From positions 1 to 64,000 of the IMG/VR virus record IMGVR_UViG_3300042507_002545: a stretch of DNA of 64,000 nt, one strand, 5' to 3'. Under the pieces are notes generated by a model that was given only the letters and a program-made list of their open reading frames with translations, was not told the origin of the DNA and searched no databases. This DNA is from a virus (Duplodnaviria; Caudoviricetes). Below are positions 1 to 9,719 of this stretch, one piece after another. The translations under genes and the position numbers were made by a program. The first letter of the stretch is position 1, and every line of letters begins with the position of its first letter.

Positions 1-1470
1 ATTTTCTTCACCGAGCCATCTACCACTAAGAGTTTCTTTAACTTTAGGCCAATTGGTACTAACACCTCTTACAAAAGTGTTATGCCTATTTAACAAACCT
101 CTAAAAGTCATGTCAGTAAGCATATCTGATTTTGCAACTCTTTGTATATCAGGTATATTATATCCATACTGTTTTGCCCAATGCTGTAAATTTTGAAGAT
201 CTTTAAATCTTCTTCCTGTGCTTCCAATTGCTCCAATATTTTTTACCGCATTTAAATCTGAAGATAAATTTTTAGCTCCTAGAAAGTTTAACGCATTGAG
301 ACCTCCTTCAAATGCTACATCTCTCCAGTCTCCTTCTCCAGCATTATATCTAGATACAGCTTGTCTAAAGTCAGATTCTGGATTTAAAAAATTATAAGTA
401 CCTACAGCTTGAAATGCTGGATTAACGACATTACCCAGTGTAACACCAGTACCTAATAACTCCAAACCTAATGTACTAGCAATAGCTGGAGCAGCTGCAT
501 ATAATCCTACTGCAGCATCTAAAGGTCCAACTGTTGTATTTGTTGTACCAAGCATGTTTGCTTTCTGCTGAGAATCTTGCTTATGTTGTTGATAAGCAGA
601 AAATTTTCTACTAAACTCCGTACTATTAATAGCTTTATCGGCCTGATCTAAAATGTATTTTTTATCTTTTAACTTAGAATTCAATTTCTTTTTTTCTTTT
701 TCATTTTTTGAAAAAGATATATCAAAAGTCAGTTGACCTATTTCGTCTTCTATTTTTTGTTTATTGTATGATGCATTTAAATAATCAGTTATGTCTGCAT
801 CACTTATTTCACTATTAGTAATATCTTCAGGACTCCATAAACTCATTCCTCCTATTTTTGGACCTGTACCAAAGCGACTTGTATATGCTGCTTTAGCATA
901 ACCAGTTTCTGGATTTACACTTTCTAAATCTTCTTGACTAGGTGTAGTAAGATGTTTTGCAAAACGTTCTTTTTTCTCCTGCTCTAAAACTTCTTTAGAT
1001 GGTTGCTTATAATTAGCATCCATCCAGTTTGCAATCTCTTTACCTCTTTCTAAATTATTCTTATTCTGAGCTGCTGTATTATATGCCCAATTTGCATTTC
1101 TATATTCATCTACTGAGTTCCATCCTGCTACCTGTGCTCTTCTGTTAAGCTCCATATTCTCAGCAGGACTTAAATTAACATCATAGCTAGAATTAAATTG
1201 ACCTGTAGTTTGGGCTTTTGGTAAAGTCTTTATTTTAACTCTTTTAAGATTTGGCATAGAGGTATTACCACCATAAGCCATCATAGGTATTTCATATACG
1301 GCAGTACCAGGAAATGTATAGTTACCTCCAGGCTGCATCATTTTAGTATTACCTAAATTATCAATACCCAATACAGGGTATGGTACACCCTTCATTGTTA
1401 TATCACCACTTGGAATAATAGTATCCTCACCAGGATATTTCCATTGTCCATATTTACTTACTTTAGCCAT
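1..1470 (-). CDS. Putative virion cargo/ejection protein, 3'-truncated by the window edge (not in ORF track)
   Basis: ATG at 1470 overlaps the TAA of the upstream gene (TAATG). My manual translation MAKVSKYGQWKYPGEDTIIPSGDITMKGVPYPVLGIDNLG...PMMAYGG stays open to base 1 and includes a hydrophobic Ala/Gly/Leu segment. Position after the muzzle gene matches crAss-like cargo genes. Confidence 0.7.
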   Translation of the reverse strand, partial: MAKVSKYGQWKYPGEDTIIPSGDITMKGVPYPVLGIDNLGNTKMMQPGGNYTFPGTAVYEIPMMAYGGNTSMPNLKRVKIKTLPKAQTTGQFNSSYDVNLSPAENMELNRRAQVAGWNSVDEYRNANWAYNTAAQNKNNLERGKEIANWMDANYKQPSKEVLEQEKKERFAKHLTTPSQEDLESVNPETGYAKAAYTSRFGTGPKIGGMSLWSPEDITNSEISDADITDYLNASYNKQKIEDEIGQLTFDISFSKNEKEKKKLNSKLKDKKYILDQADKAINSTEFSRKFSAYQQHKQDSQQKANMLGTTNTTVGPLDAAVGLYAAAPAIASTLGLELLGTGVTLGNVVNPAFQAVGTYNFLNPESDFRQAVSRYNAGEGDWRDVAFEGGLNALNFLGAKNLSSDLNAVKNIGAIGSTGRRFKDLQNLQHWAKQYGYNIPDIQRVAKSDMLTDMTFRGLLNRHNTFVRGVSTNWPKVKETLSGRWLGEEN

Positions 1471-4400
1471 TAGCGAGGAGATAAAGTTTCTTTCATATTG
1501 TTAATCTTGTAAAGCATCTTGGTATTGTTTTGACCAGGTGCATTTTCTCTAATAAGTTTTAATCTGTTTACATAGTGACGGAACTTCTTACGCTCAAAAG
1601 CCGACTTACTATAGTTAATATTATTAGGGTTTAACAAAGATATATAACCGTTTGCTTGTGTATCCCACATTTGAGTTACAAATCCAGTGTATTCACCACG
1701 GTCTCTAGTTAAATCTACAAATTGATTAAAGCGATATTTATTCTCTTCTTTAGAATACAGTATGTCTACGTATGTTGGTGTATATGTAGGGTACTGCATC
1801 GCAAGAGCCGGGTTATTTTTTGGGTGTAAGTTTAATCGTAACTCACCAGATACCTGCTCAGAGTTATATACTATAGCTTTATTAAAGTTGTAATCAAGTA
1901 CATGGAATCTGTCATAACCATCTTGGCTATAAACATAAGCCTCAAGTATGTACTCCATGCTCTTAATAGATGTAACAGTTTGCCCATTAGAAACTACTTC
2001 TTCTACTTCAAATGGATAATCAACTCCATAGAAGTTTGTATAGCTTGAAGTACTTTCATTATGCTTCCAAATGTTAGGACCCTTAGTTGTAAGGATACTC
2101 ATCTTAGATGGCATAATTAAATCAGGGTGCCAGTCATGGAATGAGATAAACGCTTTAGCCTTAGGATCATAACTTACCGTCCAGGATGCATCTTCAAAGT
2201 ATAATGGATCACCTAGTGTTACAGTTATTGAAGTAACTTGACCATTAATAACTTTGTTAAATACATCCTTCTTATCATAGACAAGTCCTGAAGGCGCATC
2301 AATTCTTAATTTAAAATCTCTTTTGGTAAAGTATACTATTTGATTTTTATTATCAAATGATGCTTGGCAACCAATACCAGCTATAGGATTTCTTACTAAT
2401 TCAAAGTCTGGAAAATCTTCTAAAAGCTTATATGGTAAATATTTTGCAAACCACCATTTTAAACCAGCTGTAGAAATCTCCTCTAAAGATTGACCAATAC
2501 CAAATATTTTACCTTGGCTTTGAGCAACATAGTATAATCCCAACGGTGTATTAACAACACTTAATGGATCTTGCACTGATGCATACTGATAAGCAGCATC
2601 TGCATTACTAAAGCTTTGCAATGGTTGTGAAAACAAACTACCATCTCCAATGTTAAGCTTTGTACCTAAATCTAGTTCAAGATTTTCTACAGTACGTGTC
2701 ATTACTGGTGAATCCTTTTCAGTAAAAATTATCACACCGCTTTGGTCATATGGCTTAACAGATATAACCTTAGACTTAAAGTCTTTATAGTTAAATGCTA
2801 AAAAGACTTGCCAGTAATCTTTAATGGCTTCTAAGTTCTGTGGTAAAGAATATATAAGACGATTAGGATAATAGGTAAAGCATTTCTCAGCTACATATGG
2901 ATTGTAACTAATAGGCTGAACATTACCCCAGCTAATTAAATCGTGATACGTCTTAGAGATACCAAGAGACATGTCATACTTAAAGAAATTACCAGCTTTG
3001 ATAATACTTGGTTCAAATAGTTCTTCTACAGTTGCATATCTGTATGGGTCGTAGAATCTTTGATCATCGGTATTACCCCAATCACGATAACTTATATTAA
3101 GTTCTGTTTCTACAAAGAAATCTCTAACCCCAGATTGGAATAAATAGAAGAATGCATTTTTTACACCAAATCTAAAGCTAACATTAAAGTTGAAACCACC
3201 ACCACCCAATGAGCCAGAAGGTGAATAGTTTCTTCTATCTAAATGATGATAATTAGATGGAATATCCCAAGTATTTGAGTTTATGTTACCTAGCGATATT
3301 ATATCACCAACCATACTACCGAGAGCTCCCATTGCATCATACTCACTTAAATTAGCCCAGTATCTTGGATATGATATCATATAGTGTAACCCATAATCAA
3401 ACTGGGTACCATCTGGTTGACCATATAACCAATCCCTAAAATAGAAGAAAGTATTTTTTTCGGTATACCTCCCTATATATACATCACCACCGTATACAAT
3501 AGAACTCGGCACTTTTTTACCTTTATCATTTTGAGTCAATGTTGCAAACGTAGTATTACTACATGAACCAAAATTATTATCAATTGGTTTTACAATAGTT
3601 CTACAACCCGAAGGAACTTGTAGTATGCTATCTATTTGACCATAAAGATTAGGCCTTCTTATTTTAAATCCTGCATAGTATGATGAAGCTGTAGTATCAA
3701 AATCTTGTTTAACAATATCTAAAAAATCATATTCATTTGCAGTTAGTCCTGCTGTAGTATCATTATCAATATCAAATTGAACACCAATTGTGGTAAGAGA
3801 ATTATCTACTATGCTTGGATCAGCAATATTATTACTTGCTTCAAACATTACAGCTCTTCCTCTATATAAGTTATTTACTCGATAACTTACTTGTGTACTA
3901 TCTGATGCTGGAAAAGTCTGTAGCAAATTATCTAAGTAATAAGATCGCTCAACTTTACGACGATGGTTACCTATTTGTACATTACCAATAATGTTATTTG
4001 TTAAATCACCATGTGATAAATATCTATAGGCATATTGTCTATATTTTGTACTAGCTTTTATGAGCTCTACGAAATTAGAAATACCCATTCCCCAGTAACT
4101 CATAAATGAAACTATACCATAACCTCCAGCAATTTTTGGATCTAGCATTTGCTGACCAGATAATTCAAGATCTAAATTTTCACTAAATCCAATTTTTACT
4201 TTAGAATCTTTATAAAATTGGTTATCAGAAAGTGTATGATAAAAACCAGTTACATCATAGTTTTGACCAAATCCAAAAATTGCATTCCACGCTTGGTTAT
4301 TACCTCCTAAACTAAATAGGTTATTACTATCATTAACACCAGATTCAACAGTATCATTAGATCCTGGACCTTGTATTTGACCGTCTACATATAAAGGAAC

Positions 4401-6830
4401 TTCAAACTTAGCTTTATCTGGAATATCATTAGCAGGATCATCCCACCATTTATCTGGAGTACTACCTTCAAAGTCACCACCATTAATTGCATTACCTGTA
4501 ATAGGAGTTATACTACCACTCCCAAATGTAAAACCGCCTCCACCCCCACTTATATCACCACCACCAACTTCATTACCTTTAACATACTGACCTAGCCATA
4601 GCTCTTTAGGACCTTGTTGAGATCTTGTTTTACGACCTCTAGCTTTTATCATAGCTTCTGCCATACCTACAACAACTGCTACTGAAAAAGCTAAATCCGT
4701 AATAAGTTTATGACGAGGATGTTCAGGTACTTCACTAAATGCACCATTAACATTATTTGCATATCCTCTTTGTCCATATAAAACAACTTCTTGAGGTGTA
4801 AGATATGGCGATATTACTTGTGTATCAGGTGAGTGAAATGTAAATATATCTCTAAATACTTTACTAGGTGGTGGATAAAGTTGTCCATTATCACTAGGTC
4901 CACCTGGTATATCTTTAGTAGATAAAGATGGATCAGGTTGTAAAGAATTATAAGGATAGTTTTGGTAAAGAATTTCATCAGCACCCGCCTCATCTTCCTT
5001 ATAGGATCTTACATTATTTATAATGCCTTTTGCAATAACTGTTTTATTACCTTGGCGAGAAGATCTTAAAATTTCATAACCTACAATACCAGGTATAACA
5101 TTACCTTGATTATCTAATGGTGGTAAGATATTATCAAACTCTACTCCCAGTACACGTATTCTAGCAGGTGAATTATCAGCATTACTTACAATGTGATTAG
5201 ATGCGTCATTATATGATACAGAACCATTGCTGTTATAAAATATAATATCAGCTGGCATTTTATGATGACGTAGTGGTTTACCACATAGATTATAATCACT
5301 ATTAAGACTAGTGTTTGGGTATGGGAAGGAGGTTGGTGTTGTCCACGGATGATCCGCATTATCAGCATCCCAAATAACAGGTTTATTATCAGGATAAATC
5401 TCTGTAGATTCCCAATAACCCATTCTACCTTTAGCTGTTATAATACCACCATCATCTTGAGTTATGGATAACCCAGGATCAGTAATAAACGCTGTATTAT
5501 ATACTTGCCAAACTGCAGTTTCATTATTTATAACATCATTAGTTATAGACGGTTGTGCAGTTTCCCAAGAATATGATGGACGTCCTGGTATATGATACGA
5601 CGAAGATGTATCTCCTGTATTATAAACCCAGCGAATAAAAAACGCATAGATTTCATCACGCATGTAACCATTAACATTACCACCTTTAAAATAGTAGTCT
5701 GAAGGATATTCTGTAACTACCCATTTAGCAGATATCTGATTTGCTAAAGGTTGATAATTAAAACTAAATCTAGACTTAGGGGATGTTCTTATTAAATAAT
5801 CATTTATTGAAAAAATACCTTCGGAAGTTTCTGTTATAGCATTTCTTACTACTAATGATGGTAAAGGTACATCTTGTAATGTATCTGGTATTTCAGGAAT
5901 TTCAACAGTTCTTGAGTTTGTGCTATATAATCCAATACGCTTAGCAACAGTTTGTTGATTAACAAATTTTACTATTACAAGCTCAAACTGATCATATAAA
6001 TCAGTTTCCATATCATTAATTACTAGCTGTAAACCTTCGGTAATATTATCATGATTAAATAAAGATTGAATATTGCTAGGGGAGTAATAGTCAGTTACAC
6101 GCTCTCCATTTAAAGCATATGCTACAAATGCAAAGTATGATCCATTAAGTAAAGTACCTCCTGATAAACTTTTAGTAAGTTCAATACATGGTGTCTTAAC
6201 AATCTTAGCTATTCTAATTTTTTCACAATCTAGCTGTAGTGGATATATTGGTTTACAATCTTCACATGGTCCTGAATTTACATCTTGTGTAATATAAGGA
6301 ACACCAGGCCAAGGTTGTTCAAATGGTGCTACTCTAATATCTCCAATGTTTAAAGTTCTATCTGGATTGTTACCATCTACAAAATATACTTGAAAAGAGC
6401 AATCATAGTTTTGCTTCGCCTCACCAGTTACAATATTATATTTTGTAAAATTTAAACAAGGATCATTAACAATGGTATGATATGAACAAGTATTTGCTAC
6501 AAATAACCCAATTTCCGAATTACCATTTTCTCCTGACGTAATAACCCACTTATCATCATAAACATGTATTGCACCGTTTATTTGATATGGCGCTGTTGTC
6601 TGAGCTCCGGGAGGAACACATAAGGTATTAGAAGGTTCATTACCTAAAACACCTACATTACCATCTGTTGAATTATTTACAGCATTACGCGCATGTGACC
6701 AACACGACTCTGGAAAATAAACATCATCGTAATCTTTTACTAAACCTTTTGAAAAAGTGTCACTTTGTGTAGTAATCATTGTGGTAATACCACTTCCTTT
6801 ACCACTTTTACCAGATACTTTCTTAGCCAT
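1470..6830 (-). CDS. Tail stabilisation / muzzle protein (crAss-like, P22 gp10-like)
   Basis: 1786 aa, beta-rich. N-terminal FSKGL..D motif, YMRDEIYAF, C-terminal WTVSYDPKAKAFISFHDW. Directly downstream of two ring-protein genes, as in crAss-like genomes. Confidence 0.8.
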   Translation of the reverse strand: MAKKVSGKSGKGSGITTMITTQSDTFSKGLVKDYDDVYFPESCWSHARNAVNNSTDGNVGVLGNEPSNTLCVPPGAQTTAPYQINGAIHVYDDKWVITSGENGNSEIGLFVANTCSYHTIVNDPCLNFTKYNIVTGEAKQNYDCSFQVYFVDGNNPDRTLNIGDIRVAPFEQPWPGVPYITQDVNSGPCEDCKPIYPLQLDCEKIRIAKIVKTPCIELTKSLSGGTLLNGSYFAFVAYALNGERVTDYYSPSNIQSLFNHDNITEGLQLVINDMETDLYDQFELVIVKFVNQQTVAKRIGLYSTNSRTVEIPEIPDTLQDVPLPSLVVRNAITETSEGIFSINDYLIRTSPKSRFSFNYQPLANQISAKWVVTEYPSDYYFKGGNVNGYMRDEIYAFFIRWVYNTGDTSSSYHIPGRPSYSWETAQPSITNDVINNETAVWQVYNTAFITDPGLSITQDDGGIITAKGRMGYWESTEIYPDNKPVIWDADNADHPWTTPTSFPYPNTSLNSDYNLCGKPLRHHKMPADIIFYNSNGSVSYNDASNHIVSNADNSPARIRVLGVEFDNILPPLDNQGNVIPGIVGYEILRSSRQGNKTVIAKGIINNVRSYKEDEAGADEILYQNYPYNSLQPDPSLSTKDIPGGPSDNGQLYPPPSKVFRDIFTFHSPDTQVISPYLTPQEVVLYGQRGYANNVNGAFSEVPEHPRHKLITDLAFSVAVVVGMAEAMIKARGRKTRSQQGPKELWLGQYVKGNEVGGGDISGGGGGFTFGSGSITPITGNAINGGDFEGSTPDKWWDDPANDIPDKAKFEVPLYVDGQIQGPGSNDTVESGVNDSNNLFSLGGNNQAWNAIFGFGQNYDVTGFYHTLSDNQFYKDSKVKIGFSENLDLELSGQQMLDPKIAGGYGIVSFMSYWGMGISNFVELIKASTKYRQYAYRYLSHGDLTNNIIGNVQIGNHRRKVERSYYLDNLLQTFPASDSTQVSYRVNNLYRGRAVMFEASNNIADPSIVDNSLTTIGVQFDIDNDTTAGLTANEYDFLDIVKQDFDTTASSYYAGFKIRRPNLYGQIDSILQVPSGCRTIVKPIDNNFGSCSNTTFATLTQNDKGKKVPSSIVYGGDVYIGRYTEKNTFFYFRDWLYGQPDGTQFDYGLHYMISYPRYWANLSEYDAMGALGSMVGDIISLGNINSNTWDIPSNYHHLDRRNYSPSGSLGGGGFNFNVSFRFGVKNAFFYLFQSGVRDFFVETELNISYRDWGNTDDQRFYDPYRYATVEELFEPSIIKAGNFFKYDMSLGISKTYHDLISWGNVQPISYNPYVAEKCFTYYPNRLIYSLPQNLEAIKDYWQVFLAFNYKDFKSKVISVKPYDQSGVIIFTEKDSPVMTRTVENLELDLGTKLNIGDGSLFSQPLQSFSNADAAYQYASVQDPLSVVNTPLGLYYVAQSQGKIFGIGQSLEEISTAGLKWWFAKYLPYKLLEDFPDFELVRNPIAGIGCQASFDNKNQIVYFTKRDFKLRIDAPSGLVYDKKDVFNKVINGQVTSITVTLGDPLYFEDASWTVSYDPKAKAFISFHDWHPDLIMPSKMSILTTKGPNIWKHNESTSSYTNFYGVDYPFEVEEVVSNGQTVTSIKSMEYILEAYVYSQDGYDRFHVLDYNFNKAIVYNSEQVSGELRLNLHPKNNPALAMQYPTYTPTYVDILYSKEENKYRFNQFVDLTRDRGEYTGFVTQMWDTQANGYISLLNPNNINYSKSAFERKKFRHYVNRLKLIRENAPGQNNTKMLYKINNMKETLSPR

Positions 6831-6832
6831 AT

Positions 6833-7744
6833 TTAGACAGCGTTATTTGTTCTATAATTTGGTGCAAATGGAAAATAAGACTTGAACATGTCGTAGTACT
6901 TAGAGTACATTGCTTTACGGTTCATAGCCCATAGTTTTTCCATTTCGGAGAAGTTAGGAGTATTAACAATAGTAAGTGCATTATTTCTAGCAGCTCTATA
7001 CTCTTGTGATACAAGTTGATATTGTGCTGCTACATTTTCTCCATCCATTACTAAGTTTTCAAGTATACGTTTTTTAATAGCATACTCATAATACTCATTA
7101 AGCATTGGATGATCCGGTATTAATAGGTCACCATTTTCATCTGTAAATGTTCCTTGATAGTTGATATAAACTGAAGCAGTTTCTAATGTTGTATACAACC
7201 AACCATCTTTAATCCAAGCTTCATCAACATGTGAGTGAAAAAGATTTGGCCAATTGCAATCTACATATTTAGAATTTCTAAATCTTAAAGGAAAAAAGTT
7301 TTTGTACGCTCTTCTTTCAGTATTTACTACTTGAATAATTTGATACTCTGAAGTTTTTTCACATTTGCTAAAACATACCGGTTGTTGTGGTAATGAATCA
7401 TTAGTGCAATATGCTTGCTCTACCCAAGGTCTCCATGTTGGCGTAACATCTTGAACGTTAGTACCTTGCGCAGGTACAACTAAATCATACCCTTGTGATA
7501 CAGCAAGAGCATAGTTCATCACATAGAAATCTTCTGGTAAACGTACTCTACCTTTTTCAACCTCAAGAATAGTTTCCTTTGTCATGTTAATTCTAAGACC
7601 TAAATCATAATTAACACGCATTGCAACTTTAATAAGTTGTGCAGGATCAATCCTATTTTCTAATGTAAGAGTTCTTAAATCTATCTTGACATCTTCAAGA
7701 AGAGATTCAAAGGTTCTATATTTAAGTGTGTAATTGTAGTTCAT
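6833..7744 (-). CDS. Tail ring / tubular protein
   Basis: 303 aa; LPEDF and DENGDLLIPD motifs; synteny immediately upstream of the muzzle gene. Confidence 0.7.
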   Translation of the reverse strand: MNYNYTLKYRTFESLLEDVKIDLRTLTLENRIDPAQLIKVAMRVNYDLGLRINMTKETILEVEKGRVRLPEDFYVMNYALAVSQGYDLVVPAQGTNVQDVTPTWRPWVEQAYCTNDSLPQQPVCFSKCEKTSEYQIIQVVNTERRAYKNFFPLRFRNSKYVDCNWPNLFHSHVDEAWIKDGWLYTTLETASVYINYQGTFTDENGDLLIPDHPMLNEYYEYAIKKRILENLVMDGENVAAQYQLVSQEYRAARNNALTIVNTPNFSEMEKLWAMNRKAMYSKYYDMFKSYFPFAPNYRTNNAV

Positions 7745-7745
7745 G

Positions 7746-8420
7746 TTAAGGTCTTAGTAAACTTTGTTTATCATCAATTGCGGTATCTGAAGGAATAGCC
7801 ATGCTAAACTTAAGATCATTATACACCTGGGCCTCAATTTGGCTAAATAAATAATCCGGTACGATAAGAGGCTGATCTTGTCTTTTAATACAATCTGGTT
7901 GAGTATCACATGTATATGGAGAAAGATCCTGCTCAAAAATACCCTCTACAGATACTGCCTCCCAATCTACATTAGGAAAATACAAGTACCCATTCAAATA
8001 CCAATAATACTTTTGTTTATTGTATTTGTAGCCTGATGTTTTAGCCATAGAGTTATATAAGGCTGGCTCTGTTTTATATACTTGAGTAGAATCATCTACT
8101 GAAGCTACAGTTCTAAATAATGGTCCATATGAGCTATCCATTACTCCGGGAATTTTATCTCTAGTGCGCTTTACCATGATGTTTGATTTAACATCACAGC
8201 ACGCCTCAACTTTATCTACCTCAATAAGGTCAACGCATGGAAGCCTCCTAAAGAAACTATTAAACCTTAATATCTCATTAAGGCTATCTTGCTTCTTAAT
8301 AAAGAACTTTGCATGTTTCATTATTAAGCTAAATATGTATCTATCTGTAAGAAAGGCGTCCTCAGTTGAGCCCTTTACTATATTTCTAACTCTAGATACT
8401 GCTTCTCCTATTGTAGTCAT
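7746..8420 (-). CDS. Tail ring protein
   Basis: 224 aa; LPCVDLIEVD, KYYWYLNGYLYFPN and VEGIFE motifs typical of crAss ring proteins; synteny. Confidence 0.7.
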   Translation of the reverse strand: MTTIGEAVSRVRNIVKGSTEDAFLTDRYIFSLIMKHAKFFIKKQDSLNEILRFNSFFRRLPCVDLIEVDKVEACCDVKSNIMVKRTRDKIPGVMDSSYGPLFRTVASVDDSTQVYKTEPALYNSMAKTSGYKYNKQKYYWYLNGYLYFPNVDWEAVSVEGIFEQDLSPYTCDTQPDCIKRQDQPLIVPDYLFSQIEAQVYNDLKFSMAIPSDTAIDDKQSLLRP

Positions 8421-8425
8421 ATCTT

Positions 8426-9016
8426 TTAAAATTCAAATTCATTATATACTGAAAGTAAAAAATCATCATCCGGCATATGCAGGTTATAATCAATATACTT
8501 TTTAGGATTAAAGTATAGTTGAGATACGGGTTTTGTTTTATCTATACTTAAGTACATCTTCCATTTCTCAGGATATACTTTAGCAAACTCACGTTTAAAT
8601 TGCCGTACTGGATTAAACGCCCATATTTCTCTATCTTTAATCTTATACTTACTATTATAGTTTGAGAAAAATATTTTACCTATAGTACCATCTGTTTCCC
8701 AGTTCATTGTACTCACTTTGTAACCACACTCAAAAGACTTCTTATAGTCTACAACCTGCTTTTTTCTTGCAGGACACGCGCCAATAAATACATATCCTAA
8801 CCCTTCTGGTAACTCAATACCATCTCGTGTATTGATTACCGTTCTCCATATCTTCTCACAATGTGTTGCTATAACGTTTTTAAACGTTATATAATCCACA
8901 TCATCATAACCTTTATGCTTTTCTTTAAAAGCATTTAATGTTGCTGCCGTTACTGTTTTAGTAACAGGCTTTCTAAATCTTGGCGCCTTTAAGTCTGGTT
9001 TTCTTATAGGTTGCAT
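8426..9016 (-). CDS. IHF/HU-like conserved crAss tail-module protein
   Basis: 196 aa, basic; GIELPEGLGYVFI resembles the HU/IHF beta-arm signature; conserved position next to ring genes. Confidence 0.55.
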   Translation of the reverse strand: MQPIRKPDLKAPRFRKPVTKTVTAATLNAFKEKHKGYDDVDYITFKNVIATHCEKIWRTVINTRDGIELPEGLGYVFIGACPARKKQVVDYKKSFECGYKVSTMNWETDGTIGKIFFSNYNSKYKIKDREIWAFNPVRQFKREFAKVYPEKWKMYLSIDKTKPVSQLYFNPKKYIDYNLHMPDDDFLLSVYNEFEF

Positions 9017-9093
9017 GTTCTCCTATTATAATTTACAAAATTTCTTCCAGCTTTAAAAGTAATACTTAATGTGTTGAGAAACAAATATTAGTG

Positions 9094-9125
9094 AAAAACC
9101 CCCAAGCCATTGCCTGAGGGTCTCT
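9094..9125 (-). terminator. Intrinsic terminator
   Basis: Minus strand GACCCTCAGGCAATGGCTTGGGGGTTTTT: GC-rich stem with G-U pairs followed by a U-tract. Confidence 0.6.
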
Positions 9126-9160
9126 CTTGTTAGTCACGCTAAACCAACAAACGTGGACTA

Positions 9161-9709
9161 TTATGCTGTTAATGTCTTTACTACAATGATTGCGCTAATT
9201 GAACTATCTATACCACAAGTTGTTCTTACTCGGAAATAATAGTTTGTATCAGCATTTAGAAGAGTAAACGTGTAAGTAGTAGTTGTTAAAGAAGGTGTAG
9301 TTGTATAAACTCCAGGAACAACTCCATAGTCTACAGTGTATGTGTTTGCACCAGTATCTTCCCAGTTAAGTATAATAGCAGTTGTACCTACATAACTAGG
9401 GTGAACATTAATAGGTGGTAGACAATCTGTATTTACATCCTGTACAGACATAGCCTGATAAGCATTCTCTAAAGATGCTCCCGCAGGTAATGCTGGATAA
9501 CTCGCACCTTCATTTCCAAACCAATTACCAAATTGATATATTGAATATAGAGAGCTATGTTTTACACAGGTATCTTGAATAGTCTCGTAACACGGAGTTG
9601 GATCCGGGCATTTGATATCAGGAGGACAAGTATATGAAGGTGCAGTTGTAAGGGGGAGATCCTTACAACCGCACTTATTATCTGAACAATTACAAGTTTT
9701 GCAAGCCAT
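9161..9709 (-). CDS. Cys-rich virion protein with C-terminal fibronectin type III domain
   Basis: N-terminal CxxCxC cluster; C-terminal LNW...YTV.Y...L.ADTNYYFRVRT FN3 pattern. Confidence 0.65.
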   Translation of the reverse strand: MACKTCNCSDNKCGCKDLPLTTAPSYTCPPDIKCPDPTPCYETIQDTCVKHSSLYSIYQFGNWFGNEGASYPALPAGASLENAYQAMSVQDVNTDCLPPINVHPSYVGTTAIILNWEDTGANTYTVDYGVVPGVYTTTPSLTTTTYTFTLLNADTNYYFRVRTTCGIDSSISAIIVVKTLTA

Positions 9710-9719
9710 GTTTTATATT

